This document shows, piece after piece, positions 13,333-27,645 of a DNA stretch of 64,000 nucleotides. Where the stretch lies: the NCBI RefSeq assembly GCF_009834535.1, contig NC_045697.1, positions 40,984,001 through 41,048,000 on the forward strand, read 5' to 3'. A program made the translations under genes and the position numbers. A model generated the notes under the pieces. The model saw only the letters and a list, made by a program, of their open reading frames with translations, was not told where the DNA came from and made no database searches. This stretch comes from Camelus ferus (taxonomy: Eukaryota). Numbering within the stretch: position 1 is the stretch's first letter; the number at the start of each line of letters is the position of its first letter.

Positions 13333-14485
13333 GTACATAAGAATAAAAACATATTAAGAGGAAGCAACCACACAAATCCACAAAGTAGGACATATATATA
13401 TATTCAACTCAGCTTCCTCCACCAGTCAACCCCCTCCCCCATCACATAAGGAGGGTAAATGCTTTAGGTTAAGACTTAATTGACAAAACCTAATGCAATG
13501 TATGCACTTTGGTTTGCTTCAATCAGGATGTAAATAACTTTAACAGACATTTTAAAACAATCTGGGCAGCTTGGATATGGGATAATTAATAGATGACTCT
13601 AAAATGTTAGTTTATTAGGCATGAGACTGGTATGCAATTCTGTAGGGAAATATCCTTTTTTTTTTTTTAATGAGATGCACATAAGGTACGCTGGAGTGAA
13701 AAAGCAGATGTCTGGGATTTGCCTTAAAGCACTTCAGTGAAGAACAAAAGCAAAAGGATAGATTTTTTTTTTAAGTGTGGCAAAATACTGAGAAACGTTA
13801 AATCTGGGGGAAAGGGTATTTGAAAGTTAATGAACTATTCTCTCTACTTGTATTAATGTCCAAATGTGTCTATGATAAAATTTATTCTTTCAAAGTGAAG
13901 AAAAGAAAAAAGAGTAGGCAAGAACTATGATAAAGTCTATACTAAATTAGGTTATCATGCCCAATCAGGGCCAATATTAATTGTTCACTGCTGCTACAGT
14001 GCACACGATTTCTTTCTGTCTTTCCCTTGTCCACACCCCCTCCTTTCCTTTCCCTCATTTTCTCCCTTTAGACTGTCTTCCTTGTAACAAGAAGTCTTGG
14101 ACCACCCTCAAGCTTTCAGTAACTGAGCTTTCACAAAATCTGTTCACTTAACCATATCTATTAACATCTTACCTACGTAAACACATACAATCCAACGTCT
14201 ACCATTTTAAAGTCATTTTAAATCAACAAAAACGGTGGCACTTTGCACTACAGGTTAGGAAGACGGCACCATCAAATGAAGCATCCGAACTTGTTTGCCT
14301 AAGGCAGAAACGAAACTGCACAGCGCCTCACGTTGTTAAATTGTTTAGTATAGTCATTTAAAAATTTCCCACCAAAACAAACTTGTTGCCCCAGCATTCC
14401 CTACAGTCTTTTTCCTCCTTTAAATTACCTCAAATGTTTTTATTTATTAGTCTCATTATATAGCATTTTAAAGAGCTGTCAAAAA

Positions 14486-14650
14486 ATTTTTTATTGACTA
14501 CAGTTGATTTACAATGTTGTGTTAGTTTCTAGTGTAGGGCATAGTGATTCAGATATATATATATTTTACATATACATATTCTTTTTCATAATAGATTGTT
14601 ACAAGCTATTGAATATAGCTCCCTGGGCTATACAGCAGAGTCTTGTTTAT
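14486..14650 (-). mobile_element. L1 3' end
   Basis: polyT followed by agttgatttacaatgttgtgttagtttc...gttacaagctattgaatatagctccctg. Confidence 0.85.
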
Positions 14651-15259
14651 CAGCATTCCCTATCGTCTGATTCACACATTCAACTGCTAACTCCTCCAGG
14701 TCTTTGCTTCCTCCAGCACAATGAGGCAGAACACCACCTGATCTGACCACATTACAGGGTTATCATGAGGTACAGAAAACAAGACTCAGGTTCTGAAATA
14801 ACGTCCTCCAGGCTTCTGAAAAACAGAGGAAACTGGAAGGAACTCAAATTCTTTCTTCCTAAACCTGTTCCACAGATTCCAAAGGAAGTTAGCTTCAGAA
14901 GAAAAGGATTCTGAACCCTCCAAAAAGAAAAGGGTTCTTCCCCAAATCAGGATAGTATAAAATTGTCATTCCTACAAAGATGGTATAATCCTTAACAATT
15001 CAACTTATTGGCCATCTTATCCACCACCAAGGACCAAACTGTCACCTAAAATGATATAATGCCAACTCCCTGGACTAGAATCCATTCTGTGGAAGGCACT
15101 GAATAAATATTAGTTTGTTCTGCTCCAACTCTACAGCATTAGTAGAGCATTCAGGGCTGAAGGTAAAGAGAAAAAACATACACAAATATACCTGAAACTG
15201 ACCATGGGCACACTGACTTGTGAACTTAGAATAATCTAAAGATGACTCTAAACATAAAT

Positions 15260-15745
15260 CTACCATACAAGAAAGCAATTGCACCCCTAAATATCTACCC
15301 GAAACAAAACATACATGCAACATTATTCATAATAGCCAAAAAGTGGATACAACTCAAATGTCCATCAATTTGGTGAACAGTAAAACATTGGTATATATCC
15401 ATATAATGAAATATTATTTGACACAATAAAAAAGAATGAACTATTGATATATGCTACAACATGGATCAATCTTGAAAACCTTATGTTAAGTGAAAGAAGT
15501 CAATCACACACACAAAAAAAACCCACATACTGTATGACTGCATTTATATGAAGTGTCCAGAATAGGCAAAAGTATCAAGTAGATTAATGATTGCCTGGGG
15601 TCGGGGGTGAGACACAGGCAGTTGCATCCATCGAGGGTGCAATTCTGAATCTGGATTGTAGAGAGGACTACACAACTCAGTAACTTTACTAAAAATCATT
15701 AAATTGTATATATAATGGCATGTAACTTATACCTCAATGAGTGAT
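15260..15745 (+). mobile_element. Old L1 (L1M-type) 3' region
   Basis: attattcataatagccaaaaagtgga...aaatgtccatcaa...tgctacaacatggat...ttatgttaagtgaaagaag. Confidence 0.8.
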
Positions 15746-17559
15746 TTTTTTTAACACTTGCTACTTGTAAAAAAGAAAATACTATGCAGCAGTGTTCTTA
15801 CAGTTCGTGTAATTCAGGACAGTCTCACAGCCAATATTAAATGTAAAACAGACCACAGTAAAACCTGTAAGTGTATCCACATGCCCCGCAAATAAACAAA
15901 CGCTTTGTGTTTTGTTTCTAAAGATCTGTTTCCTCTATCATGCTCCTTCCGATGAATTCTATTCTTGGAGTTGCTCACAAAGGAATCCCTTCCATTCAAA
16001 GAGTTGCCTCTAAAAAAAGCCTTTCTCCTTGAGGTGAACTGAGGAAGGTACTCACTATCCTGAAACCCACCAACCATTCTAACATTGTCACCAGAGCAAT
16101 AGAACTAATAACTTACCGAGAATTCATGATCTACCAGGCAGGAAGTGTGATAAGCACTTACATACATTATTCTCCTTATCCTCATTCTAATGAGGCTTTA
16201 AAAGCTGACCAATTCATCCAAGTAACCGATGTGTCAGGGAACTGAACACACGCTGTCTGGCTCCAGAGTCCCACACTCAAGCTCACAGCACCACACGTGC
16301 AGCAACAGGTCAACCAGATCTTACGGGTGGAATTACTCAATACTTCTACAGTTTAGTCTTTGCCCCCCAAATTTAACTGTCTCTTGGGGAAATAACTAAT
16401 TCTGAAAACGATTTCCTCTTCTAAACCCATCACACTGAGTGACTCATCTTCAACCACATATGACAGTGACACACACTTAAGAGTTAGGAACTATTTTCTG
16501 AAATAAAGGGAAACAATGTGCTCTGTATAAGAAACATTATTGCACTTGTAAATCAAACCTAAAACAACTTGCTTGGGGAACACAGGAAATTTCACCATTC
16601 CAGGTGTGGATTATTTACAACGTCCAGGCCAATCACTGTTTCAGGAAAACACGGCCTGCAGCTATTAATCTCTCTGGTAAGCATCTGGAAGTTAGGCCCC
16701 TGATTTACTCACACAAAGAAAATCTGTCCGTATAATAGGTGCTAATCAGCTTAACACCTTGTAGCTTCCTCACTAATTGAGGACTCTTCTCAATTAGGAG
16801 AGTTAAATGGTGTTTCAGACCCTCGGGAGGGGGGTGGAGCTTTCAGGACCACAGTACTATGAATCAGGGTTCACAATATTCAACCCCTCAAATCTTCCCC
16901 CAAACGGGGAAACACATCAGCAGATCTCCTAACACAAACAGAGGGTGAGAAGGGGACACGTTAGTGAAATAGCAAAGACTCATGTTCTCTCTTACAACAA
17001 GGGAAAAAAAGTAACTAAAAACTCCAAGAAAAATAAAAACACCATCCAAAGATGAAGCGATTCAAAATGTGGCACGAATTTGAACAATTTTATTCAGCTT
17101 AAGAGTTCATTTGTCCTGGTCAATATGAATCTTCTCTTTCAAGTGGTACTTGGGTTGACTCTGAACCCAAAGAGGAGAAATGAAACCCTAAACACTACTT
17201 TGCTTCCCAGTCAGAATAATGTAATAAAGTTTATTGGGTTTTCAAGCTTTTATTATAAATTAAAAGACAAAGCTTGCAAGGGTACAGATAATTATAAAAT
17301 AAAATGGGCTATCAATCTGGACAATTTAAAACTAAAAGCAGAGCTAACAGCTGGAGCATAGAGAGAAAAATGGAAAAAAGAGTAAGGATAATTATATTCT
17401 CATACTAGACTATGGAAAGTTGATGAAAAAATTTTTTAATTTAATGTTGATTCTATAATCTACAATAGTATGCTAATTTAAAATACATTATTATAAAGGC
17501 ATTTAAATGTTAAAGATATTTAAGTTCATGAAATAAAAAACAAACATCAAAACTGAATA

Positions 17560-17820
17560 GACAACACACAAGAATATATGATATTACTTTTAAATAAAAA
17601 TTCAAAAGTAGGCAAAGCAAATCTACAGTGTTAGAAGTCAGAACGGTGGCAGGCTTTGAGGGAGATCATAGCCGAAGGGAAGACACAGGGGGGCTTCTGG
17701 AGAGCTGGTATTGTTGTGGTTTGATCGGTTACACAAGTGTGTTCACTTTGTGAAAATGCACTGAACTGTACTAACAATGTCTGCCCTTTTCAGATTGTTA
17801 TACTCCAATAACAATTTTTA
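17560..17820 (+). mobile_element. Old L1M 3'UTR fragment
   Basis: aaaattcaaaagtaggcaaa...gttagaagtcag...gtgtgttcactttgtgaaaat. Confidence 0.65.
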
Positions 17821-20601
17821 AAAAGAAGAAGAAACAGGAGGAGAAGAAGGGTGAGAGGGAAAAAAGAAAGGTTCAGCAGTGCTCAATGTCGATAAACCTG
17901 GAAACCAAGGAACAAGCCTATTACTTATAAGAATTAAAACAAACACTGTCTTTAGGCATGACATTAATATTCTGTCCAACATTTATGACTTTTGATAGCC
18001 CTGAGCAAAGTAAGGATTCACACTCAGACTTCTATTCAGTATGAGAAAGCGGAGCTGCTGACTCAACACACGTTTCCTTTAAAATATGTGCTAGTCCTGG
18101 ACTAGTTTCACATGAACTTGATGATTTTTTTTTTTCTGGACTACTGAAAGATTAAACTACCATGATTAAACATTTAAACAAGTGAGCTATTGGTATATAT
18201 TAAAAATAGAGCTCCACTTAGGATTTCCCCTAGCTTATCACTTGTACTGGGTATCAGAATTAAAAGAAGCACATCAGGGAGGTAAGGAGCTGGAAAGAGA
18301 AAATGTAACAAACAACAATAACAGCTCTGTAATTGCTAGAGAGTTACTACAAAGCACAGTTATCTATCCTAACTTAATAATTAGCAACAATGGAAAATGT
18401 ATGTAAATAACAGACTACAAAATATCTTTTTAATCTTGCCACTGATAATACTGTTAACTATTATAATTGATTCTTCTACCAGAAATTATCCTGGATGCAA
18501 TATCAGTAACTAGAAAACAGCCGAAAAATCATACCTCCAAAACATCTTGGAAGTGAAATTAAAAATTTTTTCATCCTCTCAAATTTTCACTTATCTGGTA
18601 TTTAGATTTCTTTGTAGAAAGACTCAGATTTAATATTCTACAGAATTTCATCCAATTGATTAAATCAAAGGGGCTTCAATTCAACTGCCAACAATAATTT
18701 TTCGGGAAAATGACTAGTGACTTCAGAGCACACATGGAAATGTAATCAGATGTGAAGAGCCATAAAAATTCTAAATGAAAATGACAAAGAATCTGCGTGA
18801 ATATTAAGATCTATTAAAATACAATGAAATATATAGCACCATTGCCAGAAGAGACAATCAAAGGAACAAAAGAGTCCAACAATAAACTCAAAAATGTGAT
18901 GTAATTTGGACATAGCACTCAAATCAGTAAAGACAGATGATTTAATAAATCAAGTTGAAACAACTGGCTAGCCTTTTGCTTAAAAAACAGAGGGCTCCCT
19001 AACATCCCTAGACCTTTTCATTTTCTTATTAACATGGAGATTTATAACACACGCTTTACACTGAAATTAATTACAGAGAGATCAAAATACTAAAAAGTCA
19101 AAGATCTAAAATGGGTCTCAAGAGGGCGAAGCAGCTGAGGTGTGTCAATCCGGCTGTGTGGGAAAAAATGTGGTGAACCAGAAGGCATCCGTGCTTTCCC
19201 AGCCTTTCTTTAAATCAGGTCTCTCTGGGGCAAGCTGACAAAGCAGGTGTCTGCAAGAGGGAATGAGTTGGAAGTTTGGGAGTTCTGGCTGGAGAGAGCA
19301 ACATCTCTGCTCACCTGAAAAGAACGGACGGCACACCACTTGACAAGTTCTGAATTAGAAAGCTCACACCTTCTCTCAAAGAGCAGTAACTACTCAATTC
19401 CATCCGAGTGCTCCCCAACACTGTTCAACCTTAAATTTTTCAAGAGAAGATAGGAGTCTAGATTGTCATGTAAAAATCCTTGGCAGATATATATTTTTTA
19501 GAGCACTGGGAGGGGCCCAATGAAACCCATCTGTTGACCAGATCTGTCCCATTGGCCACCAGCTTACAAGTTCTGACTGAAATGCAAAAAACGAAACCTT
19601 TCAAGTGCCAGCAGAGAACACATGACATTATTTTCACAATCTTGAAGTAGGAAAGACCTTTCTAAGCACAATCAAAACCAGAATCCATAAAAGACAAGAC
19701 ATTTAACTACATAAAAATGTAAAACTTATGTGGAACCGAATATTATGAACAAGCCTAAAAAAAAGAAAAAAAAAAAAAACACGAATGATAACAGATTCCC
19801 CTCTGGCTCTAGCAGAATGTGGACTGCCGCAGCCTGGATTACATGCTTTTCTCTGTGAGGGAGGAGAGTGTACCAAGTTGAACAACAGGATCACCAGGAC
19901 CACCTGGAATACAGGAAGGATTTCCGAAATGAACCAGAAAGGAAGAGGCAGTAGGAGAGCATCAGGATGGTCCAGAATTACAGTCTCCATCATCTATTAC
20001 TCGATAAAAATGTCTCCTACTTTCATATGTATTTGAATATCTCATAGTATAAATAAAAACTGGTCGGTGATATTAAGAATTCCTTCTGGGTATCAAACAA
20101 GTTATTCTTAATAACTGCTTCAGAATGTAAATACACTCCCCTCAACCAACCCTGACTGTGTACTATATGCAAGGCAGTTAACTTTATGTACAGAGTTGGA
20201 GGGAAAGACGTGAAAGTCATAAAATGTAACTGACAGAATTCCCTGATTCAAGGCTCTCATGCGACAGATTTCATCATGACATTTGTTTCAGCACAAGCTG
20301 AATTGCGAACATTTTCCCAATCAGTGTGATATGGACCAGTACCTTGAACACAGAATTAGGATGCTAATCTAACATCCACATGTTAAGAAACTAGTTAAGA
20401 GACTCAGCGAGCACTAGATTGAAAGAAAGTATACAGCCAGTCTAACAGGTTTGATTTAACATAGAGAAAACAAATTTTCATATTTTCCTGTACCAGAGAG
20501 TTCATAAGTCACAAAAATTAAAAGGACCAAACTTATTCTCTGAAAAACAGATTATAAAATTAAATATTATCACATCTTTGAATCATGGATTTCACGGTTA
20601 C

Positions 20602-20639
20602 CTGTTGCCGCTGCTGTTGACCCTTTCGGTAAATGCCAT
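20602..20639 (-). CDS. AFF1: AFF1 (AF4/FMR2 family member 1, super elongation complex scaffold): first coding segment, N-terminus of the long isoform, MAFTERVNSSGN(S); CDS continues outside the window
   Basis: Reverse complement reads GCAGCA ATG GCA TTT ACC GAA AGG GTC AAC AGC AGC GGC AAC AG|gtaacc. This matches the recalled human AFF1 long-isoform N-terminus MAFTERVNSSGNSLYNDDRN. Strong Kozak context (G at -3, G at +4); phase-2 GT donor at 20601-20600. Confidence 0.93.
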
Positions 20640-20675
20640 TGCTGCCAGTCAGTGGAAAGCGATGAGTCTATTCAT
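20602..20675 (-). other. AFF1: AFF1 exon 2 (36 nt 5'UTR + 38 nt CDS)
   Basis: Acceptor ctgtttctctttcag|ATG (AG at 20677-20676) and donor CAG|gtaacc delimit a 74-nt exon. Confidence 0.92.
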
Positions 20676-21924
20676 CTGAAAGAGAAACAGCAACCTGTGA
20701 AGATCAGCCCTTAAGTAAGCTCACCGGTACACCTGACCTGCAAGAAATCTTACTGGAGACAGAATTCAGAGTTCTTATTTGAATAAGAGAATGTTTCTTA
20801 CCAAGTTGCATGTACACACTGACTAGCATATAGCAAAGGGCAAATGCACTTTTAATTTTAAGGCTGCTACTCAAAGCAATTTCAGCAAGGGAAAAATGTG
20901 CACAAATTTATCATGAGGAGGAAGAAAGGAAGTGACATTTCCCCAGTGTCTACTTTGTGCCAAGCATTGTGTAAAGCCCTTTTGAAAACGACATTTCATG
21001 TAAACATTAAAGTTGCAAGGTACATACGAATACCACGTATATTAAATAGTCCATTTTATATATAAGTATATATATGCAGTTTGCCTAACGTAACAAGTGG
21101 TCTTAACAACCTCACTATAATCAAAAGGAAAAAAGGTAAAATAATATGGATGAGAAAGAAAATGAACAGTTAATCATCACATAAGAATTCAACACTGAAT
21201 TTAAAAAGTGGGCCAAATTTTCGATGAGGCAAGTTTTCGATTTTATTTCCACTCATAAAAGATATTTAATCCCCAAAGCAATTCTGGAGCATTCTCTCAA
21301 AATAGTACTGGTTAAAAAACGTTGTTATCCAACCTGGGCAGATGGCCTTGGTACTATCTTGTATATCTCTAGAAACCAGCTCTCTATGGTCAACACTATC
21401 AACAGCTGTTTCCTTTTCCCTTCCTTGTATGTATTTGTGAATTTACTGCTCTTATCCTAACTTGCTTTAAATAGTTCCTATTTTTTCAAACATCCTTAAG
21501 GCAAAGGGTATGTTACTAAATTATCTTAGCACAGATTTAATAAACTAATTGATACAAATGGAAACATGACATTTAATCTGTAGCAATTTTAGCTAGCCTG
21601 CTATGTTTAAGAGGCTAACTGTTACACTTCTTGCCTAACGCTGGAGAAAAACCAAATGAGAGTCCTTCAGCTCTACTGGGACTCCTGATACCGTCTTTTA
21701 TCTCTCTCTTTCCATGAAATTAAAATTGCTGACTTGCTGACCACAATGTTTTCATTTGTCACTATCTCCTCCCCCAAAAGAATGCAACATGGATGTTACA
21801 AACATTTTAATTAAACTCACACTAGAGCTCTGAAATTTTCAGGGCCAAACATGCTTCGGAGTAGGATACTCCTCCAGCCAGCTTAGTGGCCCTAGACAAG
21901 TTTCCTAAACTCTCCAATTCAAAC

Positions 21925-22125
21925 CCCAATTGTCTCCCTCCCACCCCCACCCTGTTACTGTCTCACCTTCCCTCTCTCGAACACTTTTGTTTCTCTTCCT
22001 GCTCTTCTTTTCCTACCCTCCTTTCACCCCGGCCTTCCTCCCCAACTTCACTTTCTCTCTCTCTCCTCCTACCCTTCTATCTCACTGTTCCCCGCCCCCA
22101 CCTCCATGCTCTCTCGCTTTGCCTC
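21925..22125. repeat. Polypyrimidine (CT-rich) low-complexity tract
   Basis: ~200 nt dominated by C/T. Confidence 0.7.
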
Positions 22126-22704
22126 TTGACTTGCAGGGCTGGCACACAACAAGTGATCGATAAAATAGTAGGCATTCATTTTGGCATTAATCTTCCTAAC
22201 ACTGTAAAGTCTTCTCAAGAGTCCACGATGGCTGTCCCCAGCACAACCCTTCCAATGAAGATGCCCCATCTACTTGCAGCCCAACAGCAGCCTCCCCGGG
22301 GCCCACTGGTGGAGAATGAGAAAGTACTATGGCAGGAGGCAGGCTGGGCTGTTGCGGGATGCCAACCTGAGAGAGTGGTCCTGAGTTCACTTGTTCTGCT
22401 CATTTACTCACTGAGCCAACAAATATTTCCTGAGCATCTACTGTGAGAGAGAAGGAAACAAGCACTTGCCATCACTGAGTTTACAAACTACAGGAGGTGA
22501 ACAAAGATGACATATAATATATAGACGTTAGATTTTAAAAGGTATTATAGAGAAAAACAAAGTGAAAAGCGAAGAGTGCCAGAGAGGAAAGGAGGTAAGG
22601 TGTTGCAATTTTACACAGAGTGGTCAGAGAAGGAAACATTTCAGCAAAGGCTTAAAGGAAGGGAGGAGCAAGCCATGCAGAGAATAGTAAACGAGGGTCT
22701 AGCA

Positions 22705-22940
22705 CTCTGGGTGTCGACGTTCATCAACTGTAACAAATGAACCGCTCTAGTGGGAGATGCTTATTATAGGGGAGCCCGGGGGAGGGCAGTGAGGTCTACC
22801 GGAAAGCCCTGTACCTTCCATTCAATTTTGCTGAAAGAATGGAGGGAGGGAGGAAGAGAAAGAAAGACAGGAAGGAAGGAAGAGAGGGATGGAGGAAAGA
22901 AAAAAAAGGAAGGAAGGCAGGCAGGCAGACAGACAGACAG
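22705..22940 (+). mobile_element. Old L1M 3' end followed by a (GGAA/GGCA)n purine tract
   Basis: gttcatcaactgtaacaaatg...ctgtaccttccattcaattttgctg, then a purine-rich simple repeat at 22838-22940. Confidence 0.65.
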
Positions 22941-25900
22941 CCTATTTTTTTTAATGGTCCTAGAAACTGATGAGTCCAAGACTAAAGGAGTCAGCTGAAT
23001 CCCTGGGTCTCTCTACTGGTTTCTTGGGTAGATGAGTTAAGTACAAAGTGAAAGACATATTCTCTGAGGAATCTGGCCCCTCCATGCAGCCAGTGCCTCG
23101 TCTGCACAATTCAAATTCGTAACTTTGCATGGAGGCTTGATCCTTTCCCACAGAGTCAGGGGCAAGGAGGCAGCATTGCCAGATTATTGACTCTTTAAGT
23201 CTCGCAAGAACGACCAGATTCAGCCTATGGAAGTTTGCTTGGGTGATGATGTACATATGATTTGCACAGCTGCATGGAGTGCAACCCAGATACAAGGTTA
23301 GTTAGGCTAGAATGGAGATCTTTTGTAGCCAGGAAGTTACTACCCTAAACCGCTGCTAAGAAAGGCAACTAGTATATGCTTCAGTTAATGTCTCCTTCAA
23401 AGACTTTCTTAAAAATACTCACATTTGTACAAGGAGATTTGTGCAATAAAATGTTTATAATAGCAAGAAAACCGGTAACCACCTAACACCTACCGACACA
23501 GAAATAGTTAATAAATTATGATACATCATAATGAGATGCAATATAGCATCAAAAAGAATAGGTTTCTCCAAACAAGATGCTGAACAAAATGTACAATGTG
23601 AGCCAATTTGTTTAAAAAGAAAATGCTTTCTTTTTATATTTATGCATAACACATACCCATATAACACACACGCACACAACCACTCTCTGGAAAGGGGCAC
23701 TTTCATCTTTTATTATGCATACTATGAATCCTTTATTACCTGTGTAAACATTTTTCTTTCTAAATATGGAGATGGGGGGGGGAATGGATGTCCCAGATCA
23801 TAAATATTGAAACCAGAAGTTCTTCCCAATGTTTTCATACATTTTTATATCACTGTCACAAGATTATAAAGACAAAGTAGAATAATAAATGAGGGGGCAG
23901 TTTAAAGTCCTTCCATTAAAACAAGCAGGGAAGATACGAACTCGGCTCTATTTAAAAGACAGAGCAGGGCTGTATAACACACAGAAAGTAAGTTCAAGGG
24001 AGACAGGTGACCACTTTGGGCAAATTAAGCCCTACCAGCCTCAGTGATGCTCCCATCTGTAAAATGGAAAACAGCCTCTTTTACAGAGTTACTGAGGAGA
24101 GTGCTTTGTCACAGCTAGCTAAAACGTCCAGCACACTGACATATGAAAAGCACTCAATACACAGCAGTTCTTATTTAAGTCAGCAATGTCTATCTTACAT
24201 TTTATGTAACTGAAGCAGACTAAATTTCATGTAGGCATGCACCCTGCCAGATTTATCTAAGTGACCCTTCTATAGTCCTTCCAGCCTCTTGCAATGCAAA
24301 TTTATTCAGAAATTAAAATGTCATGTATATCAAACTACTTTTCCTCCCAAAATAGCAGGTAAAACATTTCAAGTAAATTTTTTTCTTGTTTTTTTAAGTC
24401 TTACACTCACACCATACACATATATAATTATATAATTACAATTAAAAAAAAAAAAGGAGGAAGAATACCAAGAAATGATTCAGGATATTTTCAAATATTC
24501 TGTTCTAGGTCATTAAGTGCTGCCAACCCTGTATTTCTGGGGAACCTGCTCTTAGGAATCTTTGTGATATGCTGGTTAAAAGGCCTGCTTTACAACCTAT
24601 CAGCTATACGAAAATCAAGAAATCACTGTTCTTCCCCAAGGTCTCAGCCTCTCATCAGTGATATGGGGCTTCATGGGGTTGTCAGAGGGTTCAATAAAAT
24701 GTGTGCAAGCACAATGCCTGGCTCATGGTAAGCACTCAATAAATGGTTGTAGTGGTTGTTCTGGTTATTTTTCTGCCAACCAAAGCACATATCTGAGACA
24801 AGCCATACATTAGAGAAGCTTTTCAACTGGACAAACAGTGCTAAGCAGATCTCAAAGCCCCATGACCACGACCCAGTTTCCAAAGGGGAGTATGAGGAAA
24901 ATAACGATCCAGAGGCCAGAAGATGCCCCGCCTGGTCAGTAGTCGCTAGTCAGATCCACTTCCCCTTCTCCACACATACCCTTCAGGAATAACAGTCTCT
25001 TGGTAACTGGCAAAGTGTCAGGAATGAGTCATGGGTCATACACTGTTTTCATCTGAATTCTCCAGAAATTTACCGCAAGCAGCTCATAATCTCCCAGGGC
25101 CCCAAAATGACTTGATCACCTCCAATTCCTTTAGCTCTCCAGTGCCACACGAAGTCCACAAGCTTAGAAATCCACAATGGAATGTGATTTCTCCAACTAT
25201 CTCTTCTCTACTTCAAATCCTCTCTCTAGGGGGCTCTGATGTTGCCCCCAAACTCAAGTACGCATCCCCCATCTCATCAGCTCCCTCCCATCATTCAGGT
25301 CTCAGATCAATGACACATTCTCAGAGCAGCTTCCCCTGAATACAGCTGCCAGCGTAGCAGCGCTGTGCCCTCCAGCCAACCCATGCTCACTCCATTGTAC
25401 TCCATGTGTGTCTAGCTGCAAGAACCACCACTTAATTATCAGAGGTTTACACTTCTCCCACAGCAAGTCTAGAGGAGGGTGGCTACTGGTATAATTTTAG
25501 CTGTTCAGTGAGGCCGTTGGGAACGCTGGCTCTTTTTGCTCCACCATCTTTAGCATGTTGCCTTTGTGCTTGTCATCTCATGGCACAAAAAGGTTGCTGC
25601 CATAACCAGACATCTTATCAACACTCCAGGCTGGTAGATGAGAGGAGAAAGGTGCGGCTGTGTCAGCCACCTCTGTCTCCTTTTGTCAGGGAAGGAAAAT
25701 CCTTCCCCAAACCTTTGCTATCTAAACACCAGAACTAGGTCACATGGCCTCCTCCAGCTGCAGGGGAAGCAGGTAAATCAGGATACAAATTGTTACCACT
25801 GACCGAGAACAAACATGATCTATCACGTAAGGCTGGGCACGGTGTCATTCCACACACACAATCAAGGTTCTCTTAGCAACAAAAAAATGGGAATGCGCAT

Positions 25901-26853
25901 CAGGGAGGAAAAATAACAGTGCCGGCCACCCTTATCTTTCCATGGTATGTACTACCATCTGCAATTACCTTGTGCTAAATAAATAAATACATACAAACAT
26001 AAATAGGTGTTAATTGCTTATATCCCCTTAACAGAATGCAAGCTCCAGGTCTAGCTTTACATATGTAGACCCAGAGCTTATGTTTTAAAATAACTGACTG
26101 TCAAATTTCTCACGGTAGGCAGATATTATAGGTACTGGAAATATAGTAAGGATAGTCTAAGTAACGCTACAGTAGCAAATTAACCCCAAAGTTTCAGCGG
26201 GGGCTTGACAGAACAGAAACTTATTTCATGCTTATTCTTTGTGTCTACTGTATATGGGGGAGGGGGTAGGCAGGGAGCTTTTCTCTGTATCGAGAAACCT
26301 AAGCTGGAAAAAAACTCAAGTTGGAAGCTCCACTATCTCCAAATGTGGCTAAAAGGTTTACTACAGTAAAAAAGAAAGGTGGAGGGTCTCACAGAGCCAC
26401 TTAAATGCGTCAGTCCAGAAATACCCGTACGTAACTCCCATAGACAGCCCACTGGACAGAATTAGTCAGTGATTCTGTGTAACCTGAGGAGGCAAAGACA
26501 CATGCGTGAGCACATGAATGTTGGTAGTGTTTCTGCCTCATTCCCCAATGGACTGGTAAAATATCACACAATGTATTATCCCCATTTTAGAATTTAGACC
26601 CATTAAATAAATTTCTCAGAACAAAATCAAACTTAGGGATCCTCAGTAAAGCAATTATTTCATCTTATAAGACAATACTTACCATTATAAAAAGGGAAAA
26701 AAATTTTTCAGGAGTAATGGTAAATATTTATACAGCACTTCTCATATTCTGCTCCAAGTACTTGCCAAATCTCAGTACCTTTAATCTACCCAACTACCCA
26801 GTAAAGGAGAAACCACAGTATTGTTAACCCCATTTTATAAGGGAACGGAAAAG

Positions 26854-27332
26854 TGTTGGAAGCCCGTCATCCCCGGGCCTGTGGTATTTCTGCGTGTCTA
26901 CGCAGAGGCACTAACCGCCTTCATTCTAGACAATCCTTCAGGATGCTTTTTTAGAGAAGAGCCTTAAGAAAACATACGTGTCTTTCTGGAGCAAAGGGCA
27001 GCATGTTTACTGTCCAGTATAATCAAAATAATGTCTCCCTCTGAAGCAAAGGGCAGGAAGGCATGCTTACTGCCCATTATAAAAGATTAGTATTCCCTAA
27101 ACTCAGGATTCCTCTCCTTAATACAGCTGTGTTTATAGGTGTCATCTGGTTCTCTTCGCACCTCTCCTCTTTAGAAACTAGGGCTGAGGGGACCAGTGTA
27201 AGAAAACAATGATACTCTGGCTATAGCCATTATTATGAATAATAAAGCCTTTCCCAGGAGTACATGAAACTGAAGATTAGCTTGTTGGCTTAAAAGTAGG
27301 GTGAAATCTCAGAGCTTTCACAGTTCTTGACA
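26854..27332. mobile_element. Solo ERV LTR inserted into a MIR
   Basis: TG...CA termini (tgttgg...ttgaca); internal duplication of agcaaagggcag..gcatg.ttactg.cca.tataa; AATAAA at ~27241; MIR halves on both sides (cccattttata / aagttaagtaatttgcctaagg). Confidence 0.7.
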
Positions 27333-27464
27333 AGAAGTTAAGTAATTTGCCTAAGGTCTGACAGCTAGTAGGTGGCATATCCAAGATTCAAGCCCAAGCT
27401 GTCTGGTTCAGAAATCAAACTTTAAAATTCTTTGCTATACTGAAGCAGCTCTCAAAAAAAAGTG

Positions 27465-27645
27465 TAATTCCAAAACTAGCAGTATTGAATCACCCGTGAA
27501 CATGGTACAAGAGCAAATTCTTGGGCATCACCCCAGACCTATTGAATCAAAACCTCAGGGTGGGGGGAGGGGGAGGGAGAGAAATAAATGTGCTTTAAAA
27601 GCCTTCCAGGAGACTCTGATGCTTATTAAGTTTGAAAAACACTGC
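27465..27645. mobile_element. MER5A-like hAT MITE
   Basis: gaatcacc...caaattcttgggcatcaccccagacctattgaatcaaaac...aagtttgaaaaacactgc. Confidence 0.75.

Noticed and set aside
1..20601. Further AFF1 coding exons (expected next: SLYNDDRNLLRIREKERR)
   Set aside because: No such sequence was seen. Intron 2 is long in mammals, so the next exon lies beyond the left edge of the window.
21886..22446. 186-aa ORF on the plus strand
   Set aside because: Mostly translation of a CT-rich low-complexity tract (P/S/L-rich) running into L2 sequence; antisense within an AFF1 intron.
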